DNA of 64,000 nucleotides from Octopus vulgaris (Eukaryota): positions 73,532,001 to 73,596,000 of the forward strand of contig OX597823.1 of the NCBI GenBank assembly GCA_951406725.2. Direction: 5' to 3'. The position numbers and the translations under genes are program-made. Under the pieces are notes generated by a model that was given only the letters and a program-made list of their open reading frames with translations, ran no database searches and was not told where the DNA came from. Of this stretch, positions 41,274 to 54,639 are shown in pieces; positions within the stretch are counted from its first letter, which is position 1, and the number at the start of each line of letters is the position of its first letter.

Positions 41274-41752
41274 TATATATACATATATAACTACATAGAC
41301 GCAGACGTGGTTGTGTGAGAAGCTTACTTCCCAACTACATGGTCTTAGGTTCAGTCCCCACTGCGTGGCACCTATTATAGCCTCGGAGCAAATAAGGTTT
41401 CCTGAGTAGATTTGGTCGACAGAAATGAAAGAAGCCCATTGTGTCTTTGAGCCCGTATTTGTCTCCACCCATAACCGCTTGACTACCGGTGTTTGTATGT
41501 TTACGTTCCCGTAAACCGATAAAATAAGTACCAGACTTTGAAAAAAATAAGTACTGGGATCAATTCATTCTATCAAAAAATTCTTCATTTCTGTTAAAAT
41601 GTCTTATTGACGAGTTTCATTTCTTCACTTCCCTGAAAGGAAGATTACATTGTTTTACGCCATTTATTCCTTTGGAATAATATCAGTGATATCTTCGAAA
41701 CTTGTGTCGGAAGTCAAAGTATTTGAATTATACCTGCGTTAAACTCCATTTA

Positions 41753-41794
<42 letters not shown>

Positions 41795-41834
41795 TACAAA
41801 TATGTACATACTTTATACACAGACACAGACACAG

Positions 41835-41907
<73 letters not shown>

Positions 41908-41916
41908 GTTTTACTA

Positions 41917-41954
<38 letters not shown>

Positions 41955-41987
41955 ATTTATTTATGTATGTATTAGACAGAATGAGAT

Positions 41988-42420
41988 AGGCGTAGGAGTG
42001 GCTGTGTAATAAGAAGCTTGCTTCCCAAGTTCCGAGTTCAGTCCCACTGCGTGGCACCTTGTGTAAGTGTTTTTTACTATATAGACTCGAGCCGACCAAA
42101 GCCTTGTGAGTGGATTTGGTAGAAGGAAACTGAAAGAAGCCTATCATACATATATACATATATATGTGTGTATATATACATATAAATGTGTGTATATATA
42201 TATATATATATTGGGTATGGGGGCGCAAACATACCACCATCGGTTGTCATTGCTTGACACCGATGGTGGTGTGTTTGCGTCCCCATAATCTAGCGGTGCG
42301 ACAAAAGAGACCGATGGAATAAGTACTAGGCTTACAAAGAATAAGTCTCGGGATTGAATCGTTCGACTAAAGGCGACGCTCTATCATGGCCGCAGTCAAA
42401 TGACTTGAGACAAGGGAAAT
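41988..42420 (+). mobile_element. SINE family B, full length
   Basis: GGCGTAGGAGTGGCTGTGT head through GGCCGCAGTCAAATGACT tail. Confidence 0.85.
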
Positions 42421-43379
42421 AATACACAGTTATATGTGCGTGTACATATTTATACGTTGGCACGTATGTATGCGTATCACTAAATAGATCATTGAACCGA
42501 ACATCAAAGTGACGGTATGACACTTCTCTGAATTTTGCCAATTTTTCTACGTTATTTTGTTTTTTCCTATTCTCTTTTGTTTACTGTTTTTGGTGCTTCT
42601 TTCTTTTATTGCATTCTTTTTTATTTTATGTATTTATACATTCAATAATGCAGATTAGCGTCAGAACATCTATCAAACAAATATTATGGTAAGAGTCATA
42701 TATAATTGATATCCAAGAATGGTTTTACGTTATCTTTCTATTGTAGTATTGTTTTTATGTGGCCTTTTATTCTGCTTCTTTTTTATTTTTCGTTTTCGTT
42801 CTTCATTAATATTGCATAGGACGCCCACAGCAAGTCTCTCTAAAGATATGAGTAATTACTCATAAAACACGTTACCAATATGAATTCTGAATACTGAGAC
42901 TAATTAATTTTTTTTTCTTTTTCTGTTTTTTTTTTATATATATATTTTTTTACTTTCCTAGTTGAACTTTGACATTAGTTTAGAACAATGTATTGTTTGG
43001 TGAAAGCAATTAACAGGAAAGAAAATAAACGAAAACTATTAAGTATTAAGTAATAAAAACCGGAGCCGGAGCCGGACAAACAAATCTAATTACAAAATCA
43101 TAAGTTAGGATTATGTGATTTCAGTAAGGATGAAGAAATAAATAATTAAATTACATAGATTAATTTACAGTGATGTCATATGATACAATGATGTCATAAG
43201 AATTTATTACACGTTTTGATATTTCTAAACAAAAATGATATTTGACATAACAAAGAAAACACTTTAAACATTTATGTAAAAATGGGACATTAAAAAGAAA
43301 GAAAGAAAGAAAGAAAGAAAGGAAGAAAGAAAGAAAGAAAGAATAGTTATTAAATAAAATACTTTTAGAAAATGTATAC

Positions 43380-43421
43380 GTCCCTTTCTGAAGAAGAGCG
43401 TAGGCTCGAAACTTAAAAGAC
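43380..43421 (+). ncRNA. Minimal hammerhead motif (canonical CUGAAGA box) within a short module extending to ~43516
   Basis: CUUU-CUGAAGA-A-GAGC(GUAG)GCUC-GAAAC-UUA-AAAG; the stem-III G is replaced by U. Confidence 0.65.
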
Positions 43422-43999
43422 TTTTTCTATTCCTGAGCGTTATACTAATACATCTGTTTGTTTTCTACACCACCTGTCTGCGTCTTTTGTTGTTTTTTTC
43501 GTGAACTCTCCCCTATACTGAAAGACATTTAGGGTTGTCCACTGACACAGTGGGTGAGGACCCACTGGTTGGATTGGATTCGAGCCCTCCGAGTCCCTCC
43601 CTGTGCGCACTGGTTATACTAGAACCTGATACACTTAAAGGTGCATGGCAGTATCCTCAACTTAAGATAAAACAAGAAACAGCCCACATCCAGATGTTGA
43701 GGATACGTCTGCTTTAGTTGTTGATATGAATAAATTGTTTTTACTAAGAGTCTGTCATTTGAATGTCTCTTGTTTTGCTGCCCAGTTTAGTTTTTAGTAA
43801 TCAGAGTATCAAAGCAATATTCACTACACCATATCTCTGCTATTCTGTTTATGAACTTTTCAGAAATTCGGGAATTTCATGTAGTCTTCATCGTGGTCAC
43901 TGTCTTATTGAGGACTTATACGGTCTTTACCGTTGTTTTCTACTTCAGTTCAAACTACCTAAGTTAATTGGAGGAAAAAATCTCATGAAAAGCCCAGAT

Positions 44000-44700
44000 T
44001 ACTCTGCCCTGTCCAAAACATCAAAACTGGCCTTGTCCAGTTTCATTCTTCCGATTTTCAAAAGCCTGATCAGGGCAAGCCATTCAGTTTTGCCAGTGTT
44101 ATCACATTTTGAACACACCAGAAGGCAGCACCATCCGCTCTATTCACACCCTTCTTTTCTAGAAGTACTTGAAGAGGTTGATTAGAACATGACCAGACAG
44201 AAAAAAGCTTGTCTTCGAACCTTTCAGACTCCACCACAGGACCTCTTTCTCCACAGCTGCCTGACTACGAAAGACTAGCCACTCTCCCCTACCAAAGTGA
44301 AGTGGTGCGTCGATTTCTGCTTTAGACTTAACTGATAAACGGACTCGGCTGTTGGTATTTTCATGTCTTTTGAGGAGGTCTCAAATAAGTAATGCACCCT
44401 TGTAGAACCTCTTCTAGCGCTAATGGGGATTTGATCCAATTTTGGAACTGGGAGCCATGGTGGGCTGAGAACTGGGGTTTGCTGTTACTGTTACAGAGCA
44501 TATGTTGCTCACCGTCATATTTCTTTATTTGTATCTTTCCCGGTTCTTCAGGATAAAAAAAACTCCAAAGTGATACTTGCTTTTGCAAGAGCTGCATTTT
44601 GACATTGTTCCCTGCAAAATGAGTCTCAAGCATTTCGCTTTGCATTTACGAAGAGGAGCATCTCCGGTATGACTCTTTGGTTTTAAAGGATTCATAAGAA
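44000..44700 (-). mobile_element. Possible decayed L1/Tx1-type ORF2 C-terminal fragment
   Basis: Remnants such as LQGALL...RHENTNSR and LINLFKYF*KRRV*IERMVL resemble the zf-RVT and C-terminal region; fragmented. Confidence 0.35.
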
Positions 44701-45479
44701 ATCTTGACTCTTCTTAATCACTTATTGCCCCACGACAGTCCTTCACTAACTACTTGACTACATTGTAACAGAGGGGTGACAGCGAGCAAGGGTCAGCCTT
44801 CACGTTTACCGTTATATTTCTCTTCCCCTAATACCGGGCTACAGACGAATAGCTCAGCGTGTGCCTTTGGGACACATTCTCTGCCTGTTTGGGGACTCGA
44901 AAATGTTCTTGTGAGAGTATCTGAAATCTCCTTTTTTCTTTTTTTTTTCCAGTAAATAGATAAAAACAATTCTTTCTTTGCTCGTCTCATTCCTGTATAA
45001 AGACGTCGGTCAGGAAGATGCCGATTTTCGTAACATGTCTTCTTTTCTTTGATTCTTGGTCCGGGAAATGATTCATATTCAAATATTCCATGTCGTTTGT
45101 TAACTAGCAAGCGTGAAACTGGTTTGTGAAGTAAAGCAAATGTTTTGCTCAACAAATGGTGTATGTATGTGTTACTGTTGTTGTTGTTGTTGTTGTTGCC
45201 TTCTTCTTCTTCCAATCTGGACTCACGCCATTAGCCACAAAGAATAATCTCCAATTCGAGCCTATTCAAACCTACTAAAAATGCGTATGGCAACTTGAAG
45301 ATCCACCCACCACACGCGATAGACTGGCGGTTGCACGGGCGCGAAAGTTACGTTGTTATCCTCATTCTCTAAACGGTGGCGTTTAACGGATGGAGAGCTG
45401 AACCATCCTGGGGTACAGAGGATTCGCAATCTAGACTAGGTTCTGATAGTTTACCACACCATAGTGGGTTACACCATGG

Positions 45480-45687
45480 TTCCTCTGCTTTGTGGCAGAA
45501 GTAGGAAGAAAGAGTGAGAGAAAGTTGTGGCGAAAGACCACAGCGGGGTTCACCCCACCCCCGCCGGAGTCTCGTAGAGCTTAGGTGTTTTTGCTCAATA
45601 AACACTCAGAATGATCGGTCTGGGAATCGAAACCACGCTCTTACAACCGCGAGTCCGCTGCCTTAACCACTGGGCCATTGCGCCTCC
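45480..45687 (-). mobile_element. SINE family C, 5' part
   Basis: Reverse complement GGAGGCGCAATGGCCCAGTGGTTAAGGCAGCGGACTCGCGG. Confidence 0.8.
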
Positions 45688-46424
45688 CCTTGTTGTTACT
45701 GTCGTCGTTGTCGTCGTCATTTTGCTACTGCTGTTGCTGTTGTTGTTGTTTTTGATGATGATGATGATGATGATTGTTGTTGTTGATAACTTTTCCACTT
45801 GAGATGTTCAAACTGACATTTTTGACTTTTTTTAAAATACTATTTTATTTCCTTTTTTTGTTCATGTTAAACTTTGATATCTTGCCGTGCAATTAAAATT
45901 ACTATTCTGTTTGTGAACTGTGTTATTTTGTGCACTGTCAATTTTCATTTTAGTGCAACGTGGCTCGGAATTATCGCAACCATGTTCCTGCGGAAGAACG
46001 ACATGAAGAAGACATTTAATTTATCTAAAGTAGAAACAATATGAATAATTGTTTCTGATTAAAGGTAATTTTGAGACGTGATAATCAGTTGATACCAGAA
46101 ATCCAGGTACTTCACTGGTATTTATTTCATCAACCGCGGAGGGATGAAAAACAAATTTGACCTTGCTAGGGTTTGAACTCAGGAAGTAAAGAATGGGAAC
46201 AAATACCGTAAAGCATTATTTGTGGCCGACCCTCTATCGATTCTGCCAATAAAAGTCGAGCTTAATATTAATAGTTCAACGAGGAATTATTTCAGATCTA
46301 ATGTTCTGCATAACTCTCTCGGGGTTCATTGAATGGAATGTTTTGAACTAAAAGATGTGCGTGTATGTATAAAAATGATAAATAAATAAATAAATAAATA
46401 TACACAAAAATAGACAGACAGACG

Positions 46425-46493
<69 letters not shown>

Positions 46494-46756
46494 CTTTCTT
46501 TATTGGCCACACAGAGCTGGACACAGAGGGGACAAATACAAATGTAGAGCTTTTCTTTTCGAAGATGGAAAAGGTAAAAGAAAAAAAGGGAACAAATGTA
46601 AAATTTCGATCAAAAGAGATCGGAAAAAAATCACAGAGGGAAATTTTTTTTTTTTAAAGTAACAAACAAGATTAGGTTCATCTGTGGAAAGGAAAGCCTA
46701 CAGAAAAGACCACGGTAACCTCAGGCAGGGAAGAAATAAACACATGAGAGTAAAGT

Positions 46757-46801
<45 letters not shown>

Positions 46802-46877
46802 ATCTTTTACGATTTACAGGATCATGCTCAAAGTGGTTTCGTCACTCGCACGCACCATCTTTGCTACATTCCCCCAC

Positions 46878-46987
<110 letters not shown>

Positions 46988-47015
46988 TTAGATATTTAGT
47001 ATGTATTAAACTTAC

Positions 47016-47150
47016 TTTGATATCCTCCATCATAGAATTAGTAAGCAGATCCTGGCAGACCATCTCTTTGCATAAATCGTTTGTCCATATCATATTTTGA
47101 GCCAAGAATCCTATGTACTTTCTTAAGATGTCTTTCTGTGAATTATTCAT
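47016..47150 (-). CDS. First coding exon of a CARD/death-fold domain protein (caspase-2/9-, RAIDD- or NLR-like N-terminus); exon spans 47016-47179
   Basis: Acceptor TTTTGTAG| at 47180, ACAATG start at 47150, donor AAA|GTAAGT at 47015 (phase 0). MNNSQKDILRKYIGFLAQNMIWTNDLCKEMVCQDLLTNSMMEDIK matches the CARD pattern M...K..LR....L...M.....L.....L.T..M.E.I. Confidence 0.75.
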
Positions 47151-47610
47151 TGTCGCTTTTACTATGCTGAATCGATGTTCTACAAAACACAGGCAATGGT
47201 GTATATTTATTTCAGTTACGTCTTGATATGTGTCAGTACATGAAATTACAGGCAAATATTAATGCGTCTGTTCGACGCTATCGATGTACGTACACGTACG
47301 TGAGGCATATGTATATCTATATGCGTATATGTGTGCACGGTGTGAACATATATGTCTATGTGTGTATATTCGTGTCTACGATCGTGCCTATTTGAATATG
47401 AATAAATTATTAACGCAGAAGTTAACTGATAAATAAAACAGTGAAGCAGTTGGTTGAGGCGTAGGAAGCAATATTCCGGTAATTGTGACGGTAGAAATTA
47501 CGCTTATTAAAAATTAAATCGACGCAAATGTCAGTCTTCTGATCAATCAAACGATCAATCGGTAGTTTAGATAATTTGATTGATTGATAGATAGATAGAT
47601 AGATAGATAT

Positions 47611-47667
<57 letters not shown>

Positions 47668-47721
47668 GCGTGTGTGTGTATTCAGAAAAATTATATTACA
47701 TACATATATATATAGTATTAC

Positions 47722-47780
<59 letters not shown>

Positions 47781-47790
47781 TGTATGTATG

Positions 47791-47875
<85 letters not shown>

Positions 47876-47941
47876 GAGATATATTATAAAGATATATATA
47901 TGTGTATATATGTAAATATATATATGTAAATATATATATGT

Positions 47942-47995
<54 letters not shown>

Positions 47996-48459
47996 GTATG
48001 TATGTAGGAGTAGATGTACGGAAAGAAATTTGTTTTCCAACCACATGGCTCCGGGCGCCTTCGGCAAGTGTCTTCTTCTATAACCTCGGGCCGACCAAAA
48101 CCTTGTCAAAGGTTTTGAAAAAATCCCGTCATATATGTGTGTATATGTGTGTGTGCGTACGCACAAGTGTGTGTGTGTGTGTATGCGCGTGTGTACGTGC
48201 ATGCGTGTGTGTGTGTTTTTGTGCGAGCGAGCGCGTGCGCGTTTTTCTATCTCTGTTTGTTCCACTACACCGCTTCACAACCGGTGTTGGTGTGCTTATG
48301 TCCCAATAACATAGCAATTCGGCATAAAAAACTGATAGAATAATTAAGAATAATTAGTACAGGGGTCGATTCATGACCTCAGTACTTATCTTACGGGCCG
48401 CGATCTAATGACTGAAACAAGTAACTGATAAAAGATATATATTTATATTTAAAATAATA

Positions 48460-48803
48460 AGGGTGAAAAATTGAATATTAATTTGATTAATATCAATTTA
48501 AAACCAGTGGTCTAGCATATAGAAAAATCTGAAGATTCAGAAAAATTATATTACATACACATATATATATATCTTTCTCTCTTTTATATATGTTTTATTT
48601 TGATTAATATATATATATATATATATAGTATTACATATATAAATACTATTACATATTACATATATGTAGTATATATAAGTATATATATGTAATATATATA
48701 ATTACATATATGTAATACTATTTACTGAGCCTCAGTTTTTTTATACGCTTGACCAATGGTGTTAAAATTGATGTTATCAAATTAATATCCAATTTTTCAC
48801 CCT
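48460..48803. repeat. Imperfect inverted repeat (~85-bp arms) around an AT microsatellite
   Basis: AGGGTGAAAAATTGAATATTAATTTGAT...CCAGTGGTC versus GACCAATGG...ATCAAATTAATATCCAATTTTTCACCCT. Confidence 0.8.
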
Positions 48804-48825
48804 CATTTTAATTTTAATTTTAATA

Positions 48826-48885
<60 letters not shown>

Positions 48886-48976
48886 GGTTAATCCAAACGG
48901 GAAAACAGAAAAAACAACAACACGTGGAACAATTACAGTATTATTATTATTAGGCGCTCAGGAAAATGGAAGGAGG

Positions 48977-49015
48977 GTATGACGTTTCGAGCGGAGCTCT
49001 TCGTCGGAAACATAC
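48977..49015 (-). ncRNA. Minimal hammerhead motif (variant core CCGACGA) in the Penelope terminal module
   Basis: GUAUGUUU-CCGACGA-A-GAGC(UCC)GCUC-GAAA-CG-UC-AUAC, followed by TTCCTGAGCG as in the + strand modules. Confidence 0.6.
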
Positions 49016-49063
49016 GAGAAGGAAGAAAGAAGAAAGAAAGATCCCGATGTGGGCGAAAGAGGG

Positions 49064-49094
<31 letters not shown>

Positions 49095-49209
49095 GCGACT
49101 GGTGTTTACGAAGTACACATGCTGAAGGCCGGATGTTTTGGATAACAAGGGCAAAGTAGGTTTTTAAAGCCAAAAGAGTGGAGACTGGAAGGTTGGTAAC
49201 AAAAATGAT

Positions 49210-51985
49210 GTGTCTGTATGTGTGAGTGTGTGCGTGTGCGTGTGTGTATGTGTGTGTGAGGCGAGATAAAAAAGCAAAAAATATATGTATATGTTAGTGC
49301 GTGCGTCTGTATGTAAGTGTGTGTGGTAGGGCGAACAGTGGTTGACATAGCAAGTCTCAAGTGAGTGGTCAGTGGTAAAAAAAAAGGGAGGAAGGAGGGA
49401 AGAAGGGAAGGAGGGAAAGGGTGAGGGCGTATGTAACGTGCCAGTGTGTGTGTTGAGTGGTAGTGTGTGTGTGTCCAGTGTGCGTAGTTGTATGTATGGC
49501 AAGTAAATTTGACGTGTGTGTAAGTGTAATGTATATGTATATGCAAATGTGTGTGTGAGTGGGTGTGTGTATGTGTGTGCGTGTGTGTATGCAAATGTGT
49601 GTGTGTGAGCGGGTGTGTGTATGTGTGTGCGTGTGTGTACAAAAAAGGGGGGGTATTAAGGAAAAAAAACTGCAGCTGAGGGAAAGATGGAAGAGTGGTC
49701 CCGCGGTGACAGGCGTGGGAGAACCCAAAGACACGCGCCCGCCCCAGATACGAACAGGAGATCTAGTCGGTGCCCACGAGCGAGGTGCATGCATGAGTGT
49801 ATGCGTGCGCGAACGCGCACAAGCGTGTATGTGCGCGCGCCTGCGAGTGTGTGTGTAAGTATGTGTATGTGTGGATGTGTGAGTGTGTCTGTGTGTATGT
49901 CTGGGTGTCAGTGTGTCCGATGAATGTATGTAAGTTTGTGTGTGTATATGTGTGTGTATAGATGTATGTCCGTGTGTGTGTGTGTGTATGAGTGTGTATG
50001 TATGTACGTGTGTGTGTGTGGAAGTGTGTGTATGTGCATGTATGTGCGCGTACATGCAGGTGTGTGAGTGAGTGTGTGTGTGTGTATGTATGTGTGAGTG
50101 TGTATGTCTGTGTGTGTAGGATGCATGTATGTGTATGGGTGTATGTATGTGTGTGTGTATGTATGTATGTGTACGTGCGTGTGTGTGTGTGTATATGCAT
50201 GTGTGCATGTATGCGTACTGCGCGTGCGCATGCATGCATGCATGTGTGTGTGTGTGTGCATGTGTGTAGGTATATATGTATGTGCATATATGTGTGTGTA
50301 TGTGCGTACATGTGTGTGTGTATGTGCGTACATGTGTGTGTGTGTATGTATGTGTGTGTGTATAGGTGTATGTATGTATGTATGTATGGGTGTGTCCGTG
50401 TATGTTTGTGTGTGTGTGTGTATGCATGTGTATGTAGGTGTGTGTGTTCGTATGTAATATACGTATGTATGCGTGTGTGTGCGTGTGTATGCGTGTGTGT
50501 GTGGGAGTGTAGGTGTGTGTGTGCGTGTATGTGTGCGTGTGCGTCTATATGTTGGTGTGTGTGTATGTGAGTGTGATTGTATGGGTGTTTGTCATGCATG
50601 TGTGTGCGCGTGCAGGCGAGTGTGTGTGTAAGTATGTGTGTATGTGTGTATGTGTGTGTGTATGTCTGTGTGTATGTATGTGCGTATAGGAGTATGTAAG
50701 TATGTGTGTGTATGTGTGTGGGTGTATGTATGTATGTATGTGTGTGTGCATGTGTGTAAGTATATGTGTGTGTGCGTATGTATGTGTATGTGTATGTGTG
50801 TGTGTTTATGTATGTGTGTATGTATGTGTGTAGGCGTGTGTGTATAGGTGTATGTATGTATGGGTGTGTGTCTGTGTGTGTTTGTGTGTGTGTGTAGGTA
50901 TGTGTGTATGTATGAGTGAAGGTATGGCTGTGTCGGTGTGTGTGTGTATGAATGTAAGTGTGTGTGTGTACAAGTGTAATGTATGTATGTAGGTGTGTGT
51001 GTGCGTGTGCGTGTGTATGTGTGTGTGTGTATGCGTGTGAGTGTGAGTGTATGGGTGTATGTCTGTGTGTGTGTATGTCTGAAGTAGGTATGTGTGTGTA
51101 TGTATGTATGTGTGTGTGTGTGCGGGTATGTGTGTGTGTGTGTATGTGTGTGTATGTGTGTGTGTGAGTAGGTGTGCGTGTATGTATGTGGGTAGGGATG
51201 CATGCGTGTGTGTGGGTATGTATGTATACATACGCACGCACACACCCGAAGCACGCCCACACACACGAAGCACGCTCACACACACAACACACAAACAATA
51301 CAACGCAAGCCCATGGGGCCGACCAGCCCCCAGCACGCGCCAAGGCGTGCGCGCGCGGGGGCCCCCGAACAACCCGCTCCACGGGAACCGAGGATCCATC
51401 AACCAAAACCAGAAAGGGGGGGCTGCCTGGGTGCAAATAGGTGTATGTGTGTGTGCATTCGTGTAAAGGTGTGCATATGTGGGTATGTATGTATGTATGT
51501 GTGTGTGCGTACATGTATGTGTGCATGTGTGTGTGTATGTATGTATAGGTGTGTGAAGTATGTATGTGCGATGTGTGTGTGTGTGTGTATGTATGTGCGT
51601 ATGTATGTGTGTATGTATGTTTGTATGTCTGTGTGTGTGTGTGTGTAAGTATGTATGTGTGTGTGCGTACATGTATGTGTGCATGTGTGTGTGTATGTAT
51701 GTATAGGTGTGTGAAGTATGTATGTGCGATGTGTGTGTGTGTGTGTATGTATGTGCGTATGTATGTGTGTATGTATGTTTGTATGTCTGTGTGTGTGTGT
51801 GTGTAAGTATGTATGTGTGTGTGTATGTATGTATGTGTGTATGTATGTGCATGTTGGTTTGTATGTTAGCGTGTGCTTGTATGTCTATAAGTATGTGTGA
51901 TTAAATGTGTGAATGTATGTACGTAGATGTGTATCCGTATGTGTGTGTGTGAACAGGCGTGTGGGATGTAGGTAGGTGTGTGTGT
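49210..51985. repeat. ~2.8-kb degenerate (TG/TATG)n tract with GC-rich islands and a 158-bp tandem duplication
   Basis: Direct reading; GCGTACATG recurs at 51507 and 51665 with identical context. Confidence 0.9.
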
Positions 51986-52017
51986 GGGGGGGGGGGTGTT
52001 TATCCGGAAAAAAAAAC

Positions 52018-53707
52018 CTAGGAGGAGGGGGCTGTGTTAAGTCCGTGTGGGGTAGTGGTTTGTAGGGTGAAGATGTAGCGTTGCTCCAAGTGGAGCCTAG
52101 AAAGTGGACGACCATTGTGGGGGGCGAGACCAACCACTGAGGTGTCATCTAGGGAATGGCTGGCCGAGCGGAAGTGGCGTGCGTCGGGAGAAAAAGAGTG
52201 TAGGCGAACGTCCCTCAAATGTTCTGTAAATCGGTCGAACAACCGGCGTCCCGTCTGTCCCACATACAGCATCCCGCATAGGTTGCATTTAATGCAGTAA
52301 ATGAGGCCAGACGAGGTGCACGTAAAAGAGTGCCTAATACGTACAGTTCGCCGGTTGGAGCTGGTGACAGCAGTGGTGTTGGTGATGAAGGGGCAAGTGT
52401 TGCAGCGGGATCTAGAGCAAGGGAATGATCCGTGTGAGGCTGAGGGGGAAGGAGAGAGGGTGCTGTGGACCAGGAGGTCACGTAGATTCCGGGCTCGTTT
52501 GAAGGAGGACAGGGGTGGGTTAGGGAAAATGGGGCGGGTTGTGGGATCAAGCTGGAGGCGACGGAAAGCACGTAGTATCTTGCGACGAAGGGGTAGGGTA
52601 GAGGGGTGGAAAAGGAGGGGGAAGGGGTGCGGTTGGGGGTGGGTTGGGTTTAAGGTTGGGTGGTGCGGTCGATGCGACGGGCGCGGGTGAGGGCATTAGA
52701 GATGAGTATGGGTGGGTAACCTCGGAGTCTGAACAGGCGGGCCAGGTATTGAGATTGGGTCTCGAAATCCTGGTCGCGGCTGCACAAACGTCGGAGGCGG
52801 AGGAACTGGGAGTAGGGGATGGCTCGTTTGGTGTGGAAGGGGTGGGAGGAGGAGAAGTTGAGATAGAGGTGGGAGTCCGTAGGTTTAAAGAAGGCGGTGG
52901 TGGTGAGAGAGTTGGAGGGGTGGTCGATTCGGAGAGAGATGTCAAGGAAGTTGACAGAGGTGTTGGAGATGGTGGAGGTGAATTGAAGATAGGGGTGAAA
53001 GTTGGAAAGGAAAGAGATGAATTGGCAGAGAAGTTCACGGGAAAGGGAGGTGGCACCTATGCAGTCGTCTATATAGCGACCGTATAGTTCGGGGGTCGGC
53101 CCAGAGAACTGGGAGAATACTTGGGCCTCAATGTAGCCAAGAAAGAGATTGGCGAAATTGGGGCCCATCCTGGTTCCCATCGCGACCCCGGACACCTGTT
53201 GGTACGTTTCCCCGGCGAACGTGAAGCAGTTGAGGGTGAGGACGAGCTCAGCCAAGCGGAGAAGGGTGGGGGTGCTAGGGGTGGGGTCGGGACGACGGTC
53301 GAGGAAGTGTTGGAGGGCTAGGAGACCGTCATTGTGGGGAATCACTGTGTACAGGGATTTTACATCTAATGTGAAGAGGAGGTGTGAGGGGCTGGAAGGG
53401 AAGGAAAAGGAATTGAAGAGACGGAGGGCGTGGTTGGTGTCGTGTATGTGGGATGGGAGGGCTGCGACTAAGGGGGACAGGATGCGGTCGAGGTATAGGG
53501 AAATATATTCAGTGGGGCAATTACAGGCAGAGACTATGGGACGGCCAGGATTAGAGGGTTTATGGATCTTGGGAAGGAAGTAGATGGAGGAGGTGCGGGG
53601 TGTGCGGACGATGAGGTTGGTGGCGGTGGGGGGGAGAGCAGAGGAGGAGATGAGGTCGCGGATGGTGGAGGACACTCGCTGTTGGTAGGAGGAGGTGGGA
53701 TCGGAGG

Positions 53708-53710
<3 letters not shown>
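52018..53710 (-). pseudogene. Penelope-like RT + GIY-YIG endonuclease ORF, N-terminally truncated, with a stop and frameshift near 52610-52650
   Basis: YFLPKIHK...GRPIVS, LDVKSLYT, GVAMG...PNFANLF, RYIDD, AIPYSQFLRLRRLCS; Cys linker PCSRSRCNTC; FTCTSSGLIYCIKC..C..LYVGQTGR....RF.EH...HF...H...E...I..L.T..P.GLN. Confidence 0.95.
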
Positions 53711-53779
<69 letters not shown>

Positions 53780-53799
53780 AGTACATATTTTCTTTAAAC

Positions 53800-53892
53800 T
53801 TGGTACGAGTCTATAACACTGTCTCTCTCTCCCCCCTCTCCTACATTTCTCTGCCTTTCACACTTTGCACTCCACTTTGATCTGTCTCTTTC

Positions 53893-53924
<32 letters not shown>

Positions 53925-54460
53925 CCTCCTCCTTTGTTCCTTGTTCCCCTTTTTTCTCTCTTCATCTGTCCCTCTTCTCCTCACACGTGACTAACTGACG
54001 GACTCTGTCCTTTTCGTGGTCAGCAGCCGTCGAGGCTAGACACATTTTTTCTCTCTTTGCCCCAAGGCATTTTTCTAATGCGCCAGCTCAAAGTTCACCC
54101 GTCCTGTCGAAAAGACGCCTGTCTGTGATGTCCTGTTCTTGTTATTATATTCATTATTGTTTTTACGTATTTTCGTATTCTTATTCGTGTTATCATTATT
54201 GTTTTTACTTATTTTTGTATTCTTATTCGTTCCTGTCCTTGTTTTGTATACATTTGAGGCTTTCTTCCAAGGAATCTAATGCGCTTGGCTTAGATTTTCC
54301 TTTAGGGCTGGCCAGGTCGGAGCAATCTCAAGATTAATCAGCCGAAATTTGCGAGGATGATCCGGTTCTTGACTGAAGATTGAAGGCTTCGAATGTCCCG
54401 TCCGTGTTTTTTGTATCGTCCTCTAAATGTTTTGCGTTCTTGTCCCAGTTTGTATTTTTT
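53800..54460 (+). mobile_element. Probable Penelope-like terminal remnant in opposite orientation, adjacent to the ORF 5' end
   Basis: Architecture like 21880-22620 (pyrimidine tract, TGTCCTG motifs, hairpin GGAATCTAA...TTAGATTTTCC, GACTGAAGA); ends in TA repeats. Confidence 0.35.
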
Positions 54461-54574
54461 TACATATATATATACATACAGAAGTACGTCGGTTTTTGAA
54501 CAACTGTGATCACGAATAAATCATGCTTTATATATATCTATATCAATATATCAATATATATATATATGTGTGTA

Positions 54575-54639
<65 letters not shown>

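Larger units (their letters stand above)
48885..53710 (-). mobile_element. 5'-truncated Penelope-like retroelement (Neptune-like), flanked by (TA)n on both sides; extent of the 3' region is inferred
   Basis: RT + GIY-YIG ORF, then a long CA-rich tract, then a hammerhead-bearing terminal module on the same strand. Confidence 0.7.

Noticed and set aside
45954-46019. Possible + strand terminal exon after TTTTCATTTTAG
   Set aside because: Too short, with no supporting upstream exons or homology.
51230-51440. GC-rich islands inside the TG tract (also 49640-49830)
   Set aside because: No recognisable motif or ORF; the noisy context suggests low-quality consensus sequence.
49369-51852. Long ORFs of 350-590 aa rich in H/T/Y or V/C/M
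   Set aside because: Translations of (CA/TG)n microsatellite that lack stops by composition; no domain.
52547-53583. Overlapping Pro-rich or Gly-rich ORFs
   Set aside because: Alternative and antisense frames of the C-rich Penelope RT.
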